IMG/VR virus record: IMGVR_UViG_3300037424_001375
Span: 1 to 62,155 of that record
Length of the DNA stretch: 62,155 nt
Source of the DNA: a virus
Taxonomy: Duplodnaviria > Caudoviricetes
Strand: one strand, 5' to 3'
The position numbers and the translations under genes are program-made. Below are positions 19,840 through 29,771 of this stretch, in pieces. Positions within the stretch are counted from its first letter, which is position 1; each line of letters opens with the position of its first letter. The notes below the pieces were generated by a model that saw only the letters and a list, made by a program, of their open reading frames with translations, did not search any database and had not been told where the DNA came from.

Positions 19840-20926
19840 AGTCCATCGCGTCACGCGGTTTGTGCGCACCCACCTCTGGGCGATCCTGCCGGAGAAAATG
19901 GATGCCATCTGCGAGCTGCTCGATCTCCGCGCGCAGGGCGTCACCTTCACCGCCGAAGAGATCCAGGCCAGGTTGGGCGCGGTGCAGCCGCGTGAACCCC
20001 AGCGCGTCGAGACGGTCGCCGTGATTCCGCTTGAGGGCGTCCTCGCGCAGAAGATGACCATGATGACCCGGATGAGCGGCGGGACATCGCTCGAGCAGTT
20101 CATCGGCCAGGTGCGCGCCGCCGTGGACGATGACAGCGTGCGGGCGGTGATCATCGACGCCGACACGCCGGGCGGCACGGTCTCGGGCTGCCTCGAAGCC
20201 GCCACCGCGCTCTTCGGGCTGCGCGGGAAGAAGCCCATCGTCGCGGTCGCGAATCCCCTCCTCGCCTCGGCGGGCTACTGGATCGCCAGCCAGGCCGACG
20301 AGATCGTGGCCTCGCCGAGCGCGTCGGTTGGGAGCATCGGGGTCTTCACGATGCACTCGGACTACTCGGCCATGAACGAGCGCCTGGGCGTCAAACCGAC
20401 GTACGTCTTCAACGGCGCCTACAAAGTGGAGGGCAACCAGGACGAGCCGCTTTCGGACGAGGCCCGCGCGTTCATACAGGCCCGCGTCGACGAGCGCGGG
20501 GAGGACTTCATTAAGGCCGTCGCGCGTGGCCGAGGGGTCTCGCCGGCGAAGGTTCGGGCGGAGTACGGCCAGGGCCGGGTCTACTTCGCGAAGCAGGCGC
20601 TCGAGGTGGGCATGATCGACCGGATCGGCACGCTCGAAGAGACGATCGCCCGCTACGTCGGTCGGCGCGGGGGTGTCGTCGTGACGCGCGTGGAAGCTGC
20701 GGCGGGATCGCCGGAGCTGGCGGCCGAGGCTCCTGAGACGCCGGCGGCGGCCGGGGCAGAGGCGCCCGTCCTGGCCGCGGCGGATCCGGACCCGGAGCCG
20801 GCGCCCGAGACGGCGGCAATCGTTGCGGAATCGGCTCCGGCGGCCGAGCTGCCGGCGGTCGAGACGGCCAGCGAGGCCGACGAGGAAGCCGCCCTCCTGG
20901 CGGCGATCGCGCAATCGGTGGACTGA
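19832..20926 (+). CDS. S49 (SppA-type) prohead protease with acidic Ala/Pro-rich tail
   Basis: DADTPGG, ASAGYWIASQAD, GSIGV, GAYKVEG. Confidence 0.92.
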   Translation: MSEVHRVTRFVRTHLWAILPEKMDAICELLDLRAQGVTFTAEEIQARLGAVQPREPQRVETVAVIPLEGVLAQKMTMMTRMSGGTSLEQFIGQVRAAVDDDSVRAVIIDADTPGGTVSGCLEAATALFGLRGKKPIVAVANPLLASAGYWIASQADEIVASPSASVGSIGVFTMHSDYSAMNERLGVKPTYVFNGAYKVEGNQDEPLSDEARAFIQARVDERGEDFIKAVARGRGVSPAKVRAEYGQGRVYFAKQALEVGMIDRIGTLEETIARYVGRRGGVVVTRVEAAAGSPELAAEAPETPAAAGAEAPVLAAADPDPEPAPETAAIVAESAPAAELPAVETASEADEEAALLAAIAQSVD

Positions 20927-20928
20927 CG

Positions 20929-21141
20929 GTGATGGAGAAGAGGGCACACCGGGGCCGCGGCCGGCCACCGCTCGTGACGAATGAGCCGTCGACTCCGGTG
21001 TGCATCCGCGTGCCCTGTAGCCTGCACGAGGCCTTGTGCCGTCAGGCGGCCGAGCGGCAGATTTCCGTCCCGGAGTTGATTCGACGTAGTATTGAGGGGC
21101 GGGCGCATCGGCCGCTGTTGGCGCCCGACGGTACCTCCTGA
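20929..21141 (+). CDS. Ribbon-helix-helix-like small DNA-binding protein
   Basis: RGRPP, VCIRVPCSLHEAL...ISVPELIR. Confidence 0.65.
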   Translation: MMEKRAHRGRGRPPLVTNEPSTPVCIRVPCSLHEALCRQAAERQISVPELIRRSIEGRAHRPLLAPDGTS

Positions 21142-21542
21142 TGCCTGACGACATCTTTGAGACCGGCGTCGAACAACTGGACGCGACCAGCGCGCACAGG
21201 GCCGACACCGCCTGGGTGTATCGGGATGCGCATGGACACGAACACCGCTGGCATGTCGACGGAAAACCGGCCGACGCGTACGATCCACGAGCCCGCTATG
21301 ACGTCCCCACGCTCGTCTGGGTGAAGGACGGAGAGAGGATCGACGAGGATGGTGAACCCTACGAGGTCGGTCACCTGGAGTGCCGAGAGTGCTGTGCGTC
21401 CGTTAGCCCGGGCTATACGGCGGATGCGTACACGGTGTACGTGCCAGGGCTGCGTTGGTTCCAAATCAATGGCGAGCCCGTGACGGGCGAAGAATTCGCG
21501 CGCCGATGGGCAGCAGCGCACCCGACCGATCCCGCGTCCTAG
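21141..21542 (+). CDS. Hypothetical protein
   Basis: TGATG coupling; CxxC motif. Confidence 0.6.
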   Translation: MPDDIFETGVEQLDATSAHRADTAWVYRDAHGHEHRWHVDGKPADAYDPRARYDVPTLVWVKDGERIDEDGEPYEVGHLECRECCASVSPGYTADAYTVYVPGLRWFQINGEPVTGEEFARRWAAAHPTDPAS

Positions 21543-21771
21543 GGATTTTCGTAATCTAAAATCGCCTTTCTGATTCTCTCTCCCCATACTCTCCTCTAAC
21601 ACACGGCCGGCCGTGCAGACCGCCCCGTAGGGCGCGCGCGCACGGACGGCGCGACAGCTTCACGACCTCCGTTGAGCGTCAGCGGCTGTCCTGAGACCCG
21701 CATCGGCGGGCAGGGCATCGCTGGCGCTTTTGAACGTACGGAGGGCGGACAGCCCACTGAGGAGCGGACAG

Positions 21772-23148
21772 ATGGATCTCAAAGTCATCCGGCAGCGTCA
21801 CGCGGACCTCAAGGCCGACTTGGCCCGCCTGACCAAGGCGCGGGCGGACATCGGCGTCAAGGCCGTCGCCGAGAAGCGTGGGCTGACCGACGAGGAACGC
21901 ACCGCGTTCACGGAGGCCGGTCCGAAGATCGAGGCCACGCAGGCGCAGCTCACCGAAGCCGCCAGCCTGCTCGAGGCCGCCGAAGCGGCCAACGAAGCCG
22001 AGCGCCAGGCGACGCAGGTCACCGGCCTGGATCCCGACGTCGTCGCGGGACAGCGCGCCGCCGCCGGGGGCTCGCACATCGAGGTCACCGATCGCGCGAC
22101 CGAGCAGCCCGGGTTCTGGGGCCGGCAGCTCCAGGCGATTCGGAGCTTCGCCATCAACGGCGGGATGGCGCACACCCCGGCCGCGGATCTGGCCGTGCTC
22201 AAGCCTCTGATGGCCACGGCCACCGGCATGAACACCGACGTGCCGTCCGAAGGCGGCTTCCTGGTGACCCAGCAGCGGTCGAGCCAGGTGATCCAGCGCG
22301 CCTACCAGACGGGCGAGATCCTCCGGCGGCTCACGCCCATGCCCATCGGGCCGGGCTTCAACGGCACGAAGATGCCGGCCATCGACGAAACGAGCCGCGC
22401 CGACAACTCGCGGTACGGCGGGATCGTCTCGGGCTGGCTCGGGCAGGGCAACACCCTGACGAGCGGCAAGCCGAAGTTCCGCGAGATCGATCTGAAGCTC
22501 CGCAAGGTCGGCGCGTTCGTGTACGCGACCGACGAGCTCCTGGCCGACAGCGTGGCGCTCGAGGCGTGGATCAACCGCTACCTGCCGCTCGAACTGCAGT
22601 TCCGGATCGAGGACGCGGTCATCAACGGCCTGGGCGCCACGTCGCCGCTGGGCGTCCTCAACTCGCCGGCCGTGATCACCGTGACCCGCGCGAGCGCGAG
22701 CCACGTCACAGCCGACGACATGCGCGGCATGATCAACCGCCTGTGGGCGCCGCTCCGATCGCGCGCGGCGTTTTTCGTCGATCAGTCGGTCGAGCCGGAG
22801 CTCGACGTCCTGTCGTTCGCGATCGGGACGGCTGGCGTCCTCGACCCGAGCTACAAGCCCGCCGGCGACGGCCGGCCGTACGCGACCTACAAGAACATCC
22901 CGATCATCCCGGTTGAGTACTGCGCGGCGCTCGGCACCACCGGGGACATCATCCTCGTGGCCCTCGACGAGTACCTGTTCATCGACAAGGGCGGCGTGGA
23001 TCAGGCGGTGTCGCTGCACGTGGCCTTCCTGACCGACGAAGCGGTCTACCGGTTCATCGCCCGGGTCGACGGACAGCCGACCTGGAACGCGGCGCTGACG
23101 CCCAAGTCGGGCGGCTCGACGCTCTCGTGCATCGTGGTCCTGAGCTAG
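21772..23148 (+). CDS. HK97-fold major capsid protein
   Basis: Coiled-coil delta domain, EGGFLV, TDELLAD, INGLG..PLGVL, DEAVYRFIARVDGQP. Confidence 0.95.
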   Translation: MDLKVIRQRHADLKADLARLTKARADIGVKAVAEKRGLTDEERTAFTEAGPKIEATQAQLTEAASLLEAAEAANEAERQATQVTGLDPDVVAGQRAAAGGSHIEVTDRATEQPGFWGRQLQAIRSFAINGGMAHTPAADLAVLKPLMATATGMNTDVPSEGGFLVTQQRSSQVIQRAYQTGEILRRLTPMPIGPGFNGTKMPAIDETSRADNSRYGGIVSGWLGQGNTLTSGKPKFREIDLKLRKVGAFVYATDELLADSVALEAWINRYLPLELQFRIEDAVINGLGATSPLGVLNSPAVITVTRASASHVTADDMRGMINRLWAPLRSRAAFFVDQSVEPELDVLSFAIGTAGVLDPSYKPAGDGRPYATYKNIPIIPVEYCAALGTTGDIILVALDEYLFIDKGGVDQAVSLHVAFLTDEAVYRFIARVDGQPTWNAALTPKSGGSTLSCIVVLS

Positions 23149-23187
23149 GAGGGCCGACGCGCCCGCCCGTAGGGGAGAACGACGATC

Positions 23188-23658
23188 ATGCGCATCAGCG
23201 AACGCTTCAGCAGTGTGCCCCTCATCGAGCCGGCGGACTACGGCTCGGCGGGGATCGACTCGGACAGCGTGAACATGGGGCGACTGCATGCCCTGGGCGC
23301 GCTCTTCACCTTCGGCGCCATCACCGGGAACTCGATCCTGAAGGTCTACGCCGGCGCGACGACCGGCGCCAAGACGACCGCCCTGGCCTTCAAGTACCGA
23401 CTCGGCGCGGCCGACTACAAGGTCGCGCTCGCCGATCAGTGGGGAGACTGGACCGCGGTGGCGGCAACCGGGCTGACGCTCACCGCGACGACCTTCGATC
23501 ACCGGCAGGTCGCGGTCGAGATCAACGCGGACCAGGTGACCGACGGCTATGAGTGGCTGACGTTCGAGATCGACTCCACGGCGACCACGATCTTCGTCGC
23601 CGCCCTCGGTCTCGGCGCGCCGCGGTATCCCGGCAGCCTGATCCCGACGGCGATCTAG
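23188..23658 (+). CDS. Virion structural protein (possible capsid decoration)
   Basis: Beta-rich, directly after MCP, good RBS. Confidence 0.6.
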   Translation: MRISERFSSVPLIEPADYGSAGIDSDSVNMGRLHALGALFTFGAITGNSILKVYAGATTGAKTTALAFKYRLGAADYKVALADQWGDWTAVAATGLTLTATTFDHRQVAVEINADQVTDGYEWLTFEIDSTATTIFVAALGLGAPRYPGSLIPTAI

Positions 23659-23667
23659 GCGCCCAGG

Positions 23668-23850
23668 ATGCGGCTCCGCACGACGGCCGGCCGGTATGCC
23701 GGCGAGATTCGGGATTACGCCTTCGGCGCCGGCCGAGCCGCGCTCCAGGTGGGAACCGCCGCCCAGGTCGAGGACGTCGCACAGACGTCCAGCCGTCCGG
23801 CGCCCACCCTGCCCGCGAAGCTGAAGGCCTCGACTCGACGGAAGGGCTGA
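23668..23850 (+). CDS. Small hypothetical protein
   Basis: Typical small ORF after MCP. Confidence 0.5.
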   Translation: MRLRTTAGRYAGEIRDYAFGAGRAALQVGTAAQVEDVAQTSSRPAPTLPAKLKASTRRKG

Positions 23851-23884
23851 CGCGCGCCCAGGAGGCGCGAGGGGAGTCAGGGAC

Positions 23885-24295
23885 ATGACACAGCAGGCAG
23901 TTCGCACGGCGATGGTCATGACTGTGCGTGAGCGCGTGGCCGCCGCGGACGTCAACGCCGGCGCCACGCTCGCCGCCGCCGTCAAGGGCATGGCCCATCG
24001 GCTCGTCGACTTCACGATGATCGCCATTGGCGGCGCGGCTGGGACAACCACGACCGTGGACATCCTCGGCACGCAGAGCGCCGCGTCGGCGAAACTGGCC
24101 GCGGTCGGGATCGCGGCCCTCACCGAGGACGCGATCGTCAAGCCGGATACCGGGAACGTCACGATGCTGGCCGCGGGCGCCTCCTACGTCGCCAACGACG
24201 AGAACACGGCGATCACGATCGGCGTGACCGGTGACGACCTCGACACGGCGACCCACATCGACGTCCTGCTCAGCTACGTGACTGAAGAGGCGTAG
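23885..24295 (+). CDS. Virion structural protein
   Basis: Ala/Thr/Val-rich beta protein in the head module. Confidence 0.6.
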   Translation: MTQQAVRTAMVMTVRERVAAADVNAGATLAAAVKGMAHRLVDFTMIAIGGAAGTTTTVDILGTQSAASAKLAAVGIAALTEDAIVKPDTGNVTMLAAGASYVANDENTAITIGVTGDDLDTATHIDVLLSYVTEEA

Positions 24296-24298
24296 CCG

Positions 24299-25324
24299 AT
24301 GGCTGGGACGATTGTCCAATCGGCCGTGCTGGTCGGGACCGTCCGCCGGCTGACGTTCGCCTGCACGGCGGACGCGGCCGACGGCAGTTTCCCCGCCACC
24401 GAGATCGAGACGAAGTTCGAGGGGTCGCTCCTCAAGCTGGTGACCAACCCCGGGGCCTCCGCGTCGACGTCGCCCTCCGCCTCGATCTCTCCATCCGTGT
24501 CGGCCTCGGCCTCGACGTCGCCGTCGGCGTCCCTGAGTCCCTCGGTGTCGGCGTCGGCGAGCCGGTCGCCCTCCGTCTCCGCGTCGGCGTCCGTGTCTCC
24601 GTCGGCGTCCGTCTCCCCGAGTTCGAGCCGCAGTCCGAGCAAGTCGATCTCGCCGTCGGCGTCGACGAGCCCGTCCGTGTCCAGTTCGGCCTCGCGATCG
24701 CCGAGCGCGTCGCGGTCGCCATCGGCCAGCCTGAGTCCGAGCGTGAGTGCCTCGGTGTCCGCCTCCGCGTCGCTGAGCCCGTCGTCTTCCTACAGCCCGA
24801 GCGCGTCGATCAGCCCGTCAGGCTCGGCGTCGGCGTCGGTGAGCCCGAGCGCCTCGACGAGTCCGAGCGCCTCGCTCAGCCCGTCCGTCTCCGCGTCCGC
24901 GTCCATCTCGCCGTCACGGTCGGCGTCGGCGTCGATCTCGCCGTCGGTCTCCGCGTCGGTGAGCGCCTCGGCCAGCGTTTCGCCGTCGGTGTCCGCCAGC
25001 GCCTCCATCTCACCGTCTGGCTCGGCCTCCGCGTCGGTCTCGCCGTCCGCGTCGACGTCGCCGAGCGCCTCGGTGAGTCCGACCACTGGGGCGCCGACCG
25101 ACAACTACGACATCCGCATCCTCGACCAACACGGCCTCGACGTGCTCCAAGGGGTTGGGGCCAACCGCGACCTGATGGTCTCGGAAGAGGCCGCGATCGT
25201 CTACAGCGGGACGAGTCTCCATCCGCGCGTGGATCTGAGCGACACGCTCACGCTGGCCATCGCCAACAACGTGGTCGCCAGCGCAGTCATCGTGATCGAC
25301 CTGTACTACTCGACCGGCGGGTGA
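24299..25324 (+). CDS. Structural protein split by a ~209-aa SPSAS repeat tract
   Basis: Globular N (..LVTNPG) and C (APTDNYDI..) halves flank the repeat. Confidence 0.8.
   Translation: MAGTIVQSAVLVGTVRRLTFACTADAADGSFPATEIETKFEGSLLKLVTNPGASASTSPSASISPSVSASASTSPSASLSPSVSASASRSPSVSASASVSPSASVSPSSSRSPSKSISPSASTSPSVSSSASRSPSASRSPSASLSPSVSASVSASASLSPSSSYSPSASISPSGSASASVSPSASTSPSASLSPSVSASASISPSRSASASISPSVSASVSASASVSPSVSASASISPSGSASASVSPSASTSPSASVSPTTGAPTDNYDIRILDQHGLDVLQGVGANRDLMVSEEAAIVYSGTSLHPRVDLSDTLTLAIANNVVASAVIVIDLYYSTGG
24455..25081 (+). repeat. SPSAS-type coding repeat (tract 2)
   Basis: Same units as tract 1. Confidence 0.9.
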
Positions 25325-25336
25325 CGGGGATGCGCA

Positions 25337-26296
25337 ATGAGCTTGACCCTAATCACCGGCCCGGCCCTCGAACCGATCACGCTGGCGGAACTGCGCCGGC
25401 ATCTCCAGCTCAACGACACGGCTGGTGAGCCGGCGCCGACCGCGCCCGCCGTGGCCCTTCCAAGTACGCCGGTTGCGGGCGATTGCGACGCCGGGGCGTG
25501 GCGGATCGGGTTCACGTTCGTCACGGCCGACGGCGAGACCGAGCTTGGTCCGCTGTCCGATGCGGTCACGGTCGCCGACCCGGCGGTCAACGGCCAGATC
25601 AGCGTGACAGCCATCGCGATCGGCGGGTCGGGGGTGACCTCGCGGAAGGCCTACGCCCTGGCGCCCGGGGAGACCGTGGCGAAGTACGCCGCCACGCTCG
25701 CCAACAACACAGCGACGACCTCGACGATCAACGTCGCCGCGTCCGCGCTGGGGGTTGAAGCGCCCTCCGTGAACACGACGCTCGATCCGGAACTCACCGG
25801 GATCATCACGGCCGTGCGCGAACGCTGCGAGATGGCGACCCGCCGGGCGCTCCTGACCCAGACATGGGATCTCGTGCTCGACACCTGGCCGGGGGAGACC
25901 TGGATCGAACTACCGCTCCCGCCACTCCAGAGCGTGACGTCGGTCAAGTACCGCGACACGGGCGGGACGCTCCAGGCGTGGGCGGCGACCAACTACGTCG
26001 TCGAGGCGCCCGCGGGGTCACGCGCCCAACCCGGCCGCGTCTCGCTGGCCTACGCCGTGACCTGGCCCTCGCTCTATGGACAGGCCGGTGACGTCACGGT
26101 GCGCTTCGTCTGCGGCTACGGGGCCGCGGCCTCGAGCGTGCCGGCCATCCTCAAGCGGGCCATGCTCGTCGACGCGGGCGCGCACTACGCCCACCGCGAG
26201 GAGATCATCACCGGGACCATCGTCAACCCGCTGCCTCTGGTGAAGCGGACCTACTGGAGCTACCAGGCCCGACTGGCCCAACGGAGGGCGGCATGA
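25337..26296 (+). CDS. Head-tail connector (gp6-like) with inserted beta domain
   Basis: PALEPITLAELRRHL ... TRRALLTQTW, LPLPPLQSVTSVKY, VPAILK..HYAHRE. Confidence 0.88.
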   Translation: MSLTLITGPALEPITLAELRRHLQLNDTAGEPAPTAPAVALPSTPVAGDCDAGAWRIGFTFVTADGETELGPLSDAVTVADPAVNGQISVTAIAIGGSGVTSRKAYALAPGETVAKYAATLANNTATTSTINVAASALGVEAPSVNTTLDPELTGIITAVRERCEMATRRALLTQTWDLVLDTWPGETWIELPLPPLQSVTSVKYRDTGGTLQAWAATNYVVEAPAGSRAQPGRVSLAYAVTWPSLYGQAGDVTVRFVCGYGAAASSVPAILKRAMLVDAGAHYAHREEIITGTIVNPLPLVKRTYWSYQARLAQRRAA

Positions 26297-26853
26297 ACGC
26301 CCGCCGCGAGCGCCTCGTTGTCCTGACATCCACCCCGGCCGACCTCGCCGTGTCCACGCTGACGCGGTCGGGCGCGGTGGCGACGCTCACGACGGCGGCG
26401 CCGCACGGGTACGCCACGGGCGACTACGCCACGGTCGCCGGCGCGACGCCGGCCGCCTACAACGGCAAGGTCAAGGTCACGGTGACCGGCGATCAGGCGT
26501 GCACGTACGCGATCGCGGGCAGTCCGACGACACCGGCCACGGGAACAATCACGGCGACCTACGCCTCGGACGCGCAAGGGGGCCGAGAGGAGACCTGGCG
26601 GACCGTGGACACGATCGCAGCCGAGCAGGTCGAGATCCGCGCGACCGAACGGTTGCAGCTCCAAGCGGTCTCGGCCCAGGTGGATTACCGGTTCCGCGCC
26701 CGGGTGCGATCGGACCTCACGCCCAAGATGCGGATCTTGTGGACGCCGAGCTGGCCGGCGAGCGCGGCGCGCAAGACGCTCGAGATCCAGGCCGTGCGGC
26801 CCGAGGGGGACGGACGGGGCTGGATGGTGCTCGATGCCGGAGAGGCCGCCTGA
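26293..26853 (+). CDS. Head-closure / head-tail adaptor with inserted FCCH-like beta domain
   Basis: RERLVVL ... DAQGG...W, RSDLTPKMRI; insert HGYATGD. Confidence 0.8.
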   Translation: MNARRERLVVLTSTPADLAVSTLTRSGAVATLTTAAPHGYATGDYATVAGATPAAYNGKVKVTVTGDQACTYAIAGSPTTPATGTITATYASDAQGGREETWRTVDTIAAEQVEIRATERLQLQAVSAQVDYRFRARVRSDLTPKMRILWTPSWPASAARKTLEIQAVRPEGDGRGWMVLDAGEAA

Positions 26854-27272
26854 TGACCGACTCCGCTGCGAGCCCCGTCGCCGAAGCGATCTATGCGCTG
26901 TTCCAGGACGCGGCGCTCCAGGCGGCGACCCCTGGTGGCTGGCACGACGACGTGCCACAGGCCGCGACGCTCCCGGTCGGCTGGATCGAGATCGTGGGCG
27001 AACGCGACGTGCGCGGGTTTGGGACCGGCGGCCTTCCGGAGATGGAAATCCGAACCCATGTCTGGTCTCGGTTCGGCGGGATGGCGGAGGCACAGACGGC
27101 GAATCGGCTCGCCATCGGCCTCCTGAAAGACGCGGCGCTGACCGTCACCGGGTACGCGATGTGCGGGCACGTGTTCTACCGCAACACCGTGGCGTTGCCC
27201 GACGAACTCCTGAGCGGCGTCAAGGTGCACGAGATCGTGTCGCGCTTCGAGCTGTACGTGGAGGAGTCATGA
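26853..27272 (+). CDS. Tail completion/terminator protein (DUF3168-like)
   Basis: AIYALF, WHDDVPQ..LP, HVWS; position. Confidence 0.75.
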   Translation: MTDSAASPVAEAIYALFQDAALQAATPGGWHDDVPQAATLPVGWIEIVGERDVRGFGTGGLPEMEIRTHVWSRFGGMAEAQTANRLAIGLLKDAALTVTGYAMCGHVFYRNTVALPDELLSGVKVHEIVSRFELYVEES

Positions 27273-27466
27273 GTCCGGACGTCCCGTTCAATCCCCTGCC
27301 GCTGGTCGGTCCCAATGGCCAGCCGGCGCGTCCCTCGACCGCGCCGCGTCCGTGTCCGCGCTGTGGCGCGGGCCCCGACCGCCGCGTGGCCTCTTCGGGC
27401 TTCGGCGTCCCGCATCCGGTCTGCGCGCGATGCGGTCACGAGTGGCCCGACGAGCGGATGGAGTAA
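27269..27466 (+). CDS. Small zinc-ribbon protein
   Basis: CPRCG...CARCGHEW; GAGGAG RBS. Confidence 0.55.
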   Translation: MSPDVPFNPLPLVGPNGQPARPSTAPRPCPRCGAGPDRRVASSGFGVPHPVCARCGHEWPDERME

Positions 27467-27469
27467 GCG

Positions 27470-28528
27470 ATGGCCGGCAAATACGGATCGCCCTCGGTGC
27501 TGTTCTTGGTCGACGGCTACAACCTGCTCGCCGCGAAGCTCCAGAACCTGACCTGGAAACACGAGGCGCTGCAGGAGAAGGATGACGGCCTGGGCGACGC
27601 GTGGGAAGCGCACCGCCCGACCGGGATGTCCCGTGTCACCCTCGCTCAGGAGGGCGGGTTCTTCGACACATCCGCGAACAACATTCACGCGGCAATGGCC
27701 AGCAGCGTGCCCGGGTCGCCGCAGGCTACGGCGCGGATCATCTGTCTGGGCTTCGCCGGTCAGGTCCTGGGGAACGCGTTCCTGGGCCTCCAGGCGGCTT
27801 TCAGCGTCGCCTACGAGGTCCTCGGGCAGCTCGGCGCCCTGACCAAGGCGAACGTCCAGTACGTCATTGCTGGCCAGGTCGACCACGGCGTCATCCTGCA
27901 CCCCCTCGCGGCGCACGACTACGACTGGACGGGCGAGACGGTCGATGGCGCGGCGGCCTCCAGTAACGGCGGCGTCGGCTATCTCCAGATGACGGCCGGC
28001 TTCGGGAGCTTCGTCGGGGTCATCCAGCACAGCGCCGACGGCAATAACTGGGACACGCTCCTGACCTTCGACACCCTCTCCGCGCCGACGGCGACCCGGA
28101 AGACCGTCGCGGGCTCTGTGCGCCAGCACCTGCGATTCAATGGCACGGTGTGGGGCGACGTCTCGCCGAGCGCGTCGGTGAGCCCCTCGGCCTCCGTCTC
28201 GCCCTCGTCGAGCCGGTCACCCTCGGTATCCGCGTCGGCGTCGGTCAGCCCGAGCGCGTCGACGTCGCCCTCCGCCTCGGTCAGCCCGAGCGTGTCGGCG
28301 TCGAGTTCGATCAGTCCGTCGTCGAGCGTGAGCCCGTCGGTGAGTACGTCCGCATCGGTGAGCCCCTCGGCGTCGACGTCGCCGTCGGCCTCGGTGTCCC
28401 CGAGCGCCTCGACGTCGCCGTCGGCCAGCCTGTCGCCCTCGGTCTCGGCGTCGAGTTCGGCCTCGCCCTCGGCCGAAGCGGGCGTGGCGGGGCAGGCGAC
28501 GGTGTTCTGCGGCTTTGCGCGGAGCTGA
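27470..28528 (+). CDS. Tail-tube-like protein with extra domain and SPSAS tract
   Basis: MAGKYGS start and GDAWEAHRPTGM shared with 28751-29176. Confidence 0.7.
   Translation: MAGKYGSPSVLFLVDGYNLLAAKLQNLTWKHEALQEKDDGLGDAWEAHRPTGMSRVTLAQEGGFFDTSANNIHAAMASSVPGSPQATARIICLGFAGQVLGNAFLGLQAAFSVAYEVLGQLGALTKANVQYVIAGQVDHGVILHPLAAHDYDWTGETVDGAAASSNGGVGYLQMTAGFGSFVGVIQHSADGNNWDTLLTFDTLSAPTATRKTVAGSVRQHLRFNGTVWGDVSPSASVSPSASVSPSSSRSPSVSASASVSPSASTSPSASVSPSVSASSSISPSSSVSPSVSTSASVSPSASTSPSASVSPSASTSPSASLSPSVSASSSASPSAEAGVAGQATVFCGFARS
28160..28474 (+). repeat. SPSAS-type coding repeat (tract 3)
   Basis: Same units as tracts 1 and 2. Confidence 0.9.
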
Positions 28529-28761
28529 TGATGACGGCGGAAGAGATCGCGCGGGCGCACGGGGCGGCGGCCGACACGGCCCGACGCGCGCGGCAGACGT
28601 GGGAGACGACCACGGATCTCCCCGACAAAGACGCGGCCGGCGTCGTGATGCGCCAGGCCACGGCGCTCGAACGGTCGCTCGAAAGCTGGATCGCCAAGCG
28701 CGCGCTCCGTGCGGCGCTGGCACACGGCGCACACGCAGGAGGAGGATCCGATGGCCGGTAA
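28528..28761 (+). CDS. Hypothetical protein
   Basis: Translational coupling at both ends. Confidence 0.45.
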   Translation: MMTAEEIARAHGAAADTARRARQTWETTTDLPDKDAAGVVMRQATALERSLESWIAKRALRAALAHGAHAGGGSDGR

Positions 28762-29176
28762 GTATGGCAGTCAGTCGATCACCGTCACGCTCGAAGATGC
28801 GCCGGGCGGGACCGCACGCACGATCACCAACTTCATCCTGACGATGGGCGGGATCAAGATCACCGCCCTGACGCAGCCGTCGCACGCCTTCGGGGACTCC
28901 TGGGAGGAGCACACCCCGACGGGGATGAAGAAGGGCGACCCGATCACCCTGACGGGCTTCTGGGACACGACGGCCGACACCGGGCCGCATGTGGTCTTTC
29001 TGTCGCCCGACGACGGGCCCCAGGACGACGGGCGCGAGCTGGTCGTGGGCTACGGCGACTCGAAGATCATGACGATGGACGTCCGGCTCATCAGCTACGC
29101 CGTGCTCGGGAAGAACGGCGCCCTGACCGAGTTCGAGGCCGTCCTGCAGCCCACGGGCGCGCTGACCTGGAGCTAG
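28751..29176 (+). CDS. Major tail tube protein
   Basis: FGDSWEEHTPTGMK, ITLTGFWD, FEAVLQPTG; position before chaperones. Confidence 0.75.
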   Translation: MAGKYGSQSITVTLEDAPGGTARTITNFILTMGGIKITALTQPSHAFGDSWEEHTPTGMKKGDPITLTGFWDTTADTGPHVVFLSPDDGPQDDGRELVVGYGDSKIMTMDVRLISYAVLGKNGALTEFEAVLQPTGALTWS

Positions 29177-29285
29177 ACCCGCCCGCCGCGGCGTCCACGA
29201 AAGGACGCCCAGCGGGAAACGCCGCGGCCGGATCGGGCGCGTCGTCCGATTCCGCCGCCGCCTTTCCACCTGAAGGAGCGAAGGC

Positions 29286-29771
29286 ATGTCCATCTTCACG
29301 TCCCTCGTCGTCGACACGATCCCCGTCCCGGGCGATCCGGGGCAGACCGTCACAATCCGCAAGCTGGCGCCGAAGCATCTGAAAGCGGCGATGACCGCGA
29401 GCCAGCGCGCGGCGCTCCTGGAATTCGTCGAGCTGAAACGGCTGGGCGCCACGGAGATCCTCACGGAGATCCAGGCGCTGCAGGCAGATGGCGCGGCGCT
29501 GGCGGCCGCACGCACGGCCGATCCGCTCCTCCTCTATGACCGCACCGTGCTCCTCCAGAAGGGCATCATCGGGTGGAGCTACGACCGGTCGCACGATGAC
29601 GTCGAGGCGCTCGAAGACCTCGACGACGACGCGAGCGAAGCGATCGCGCGCGCGATCCTCCGGCTGACGAAGCCATCGCTCTTCGCCGCGGCCGACGCGG
29701 GGGCGACCGAGCCTGCGGCGGTCACGGCCGCCACGACGGCGGCGGAGGAGGCGGCGCGAAAAAACGGCTGA
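29286..29771 (+). CDS. Tail assembly chaperone (gpG-like)
   Basis: Between tube and TMP; ends in slippery A AAA AAC. Confidence 0.8.
   Translation: MSIFTSLVVDTIPVPGDPGQTVTIRKLAPKHLKAAMTASQRAALLEFVELKRLGATEILTEIQALQADGAALAAARTADPLLLYDRTVLLQKGIIGWSYDRSHDDVEALEDLDDDASEAIARAILRLTKPSLFAAADAGATEPAAVTAATTAAEEAARKNG

Noticed and set aside
21679-24162. Long antisense ORFs (also 51869-54253, 33256-35076, 7401-9029)
   Set aside because: High-GC shadow frames opposite well-supported genes, with no motifs
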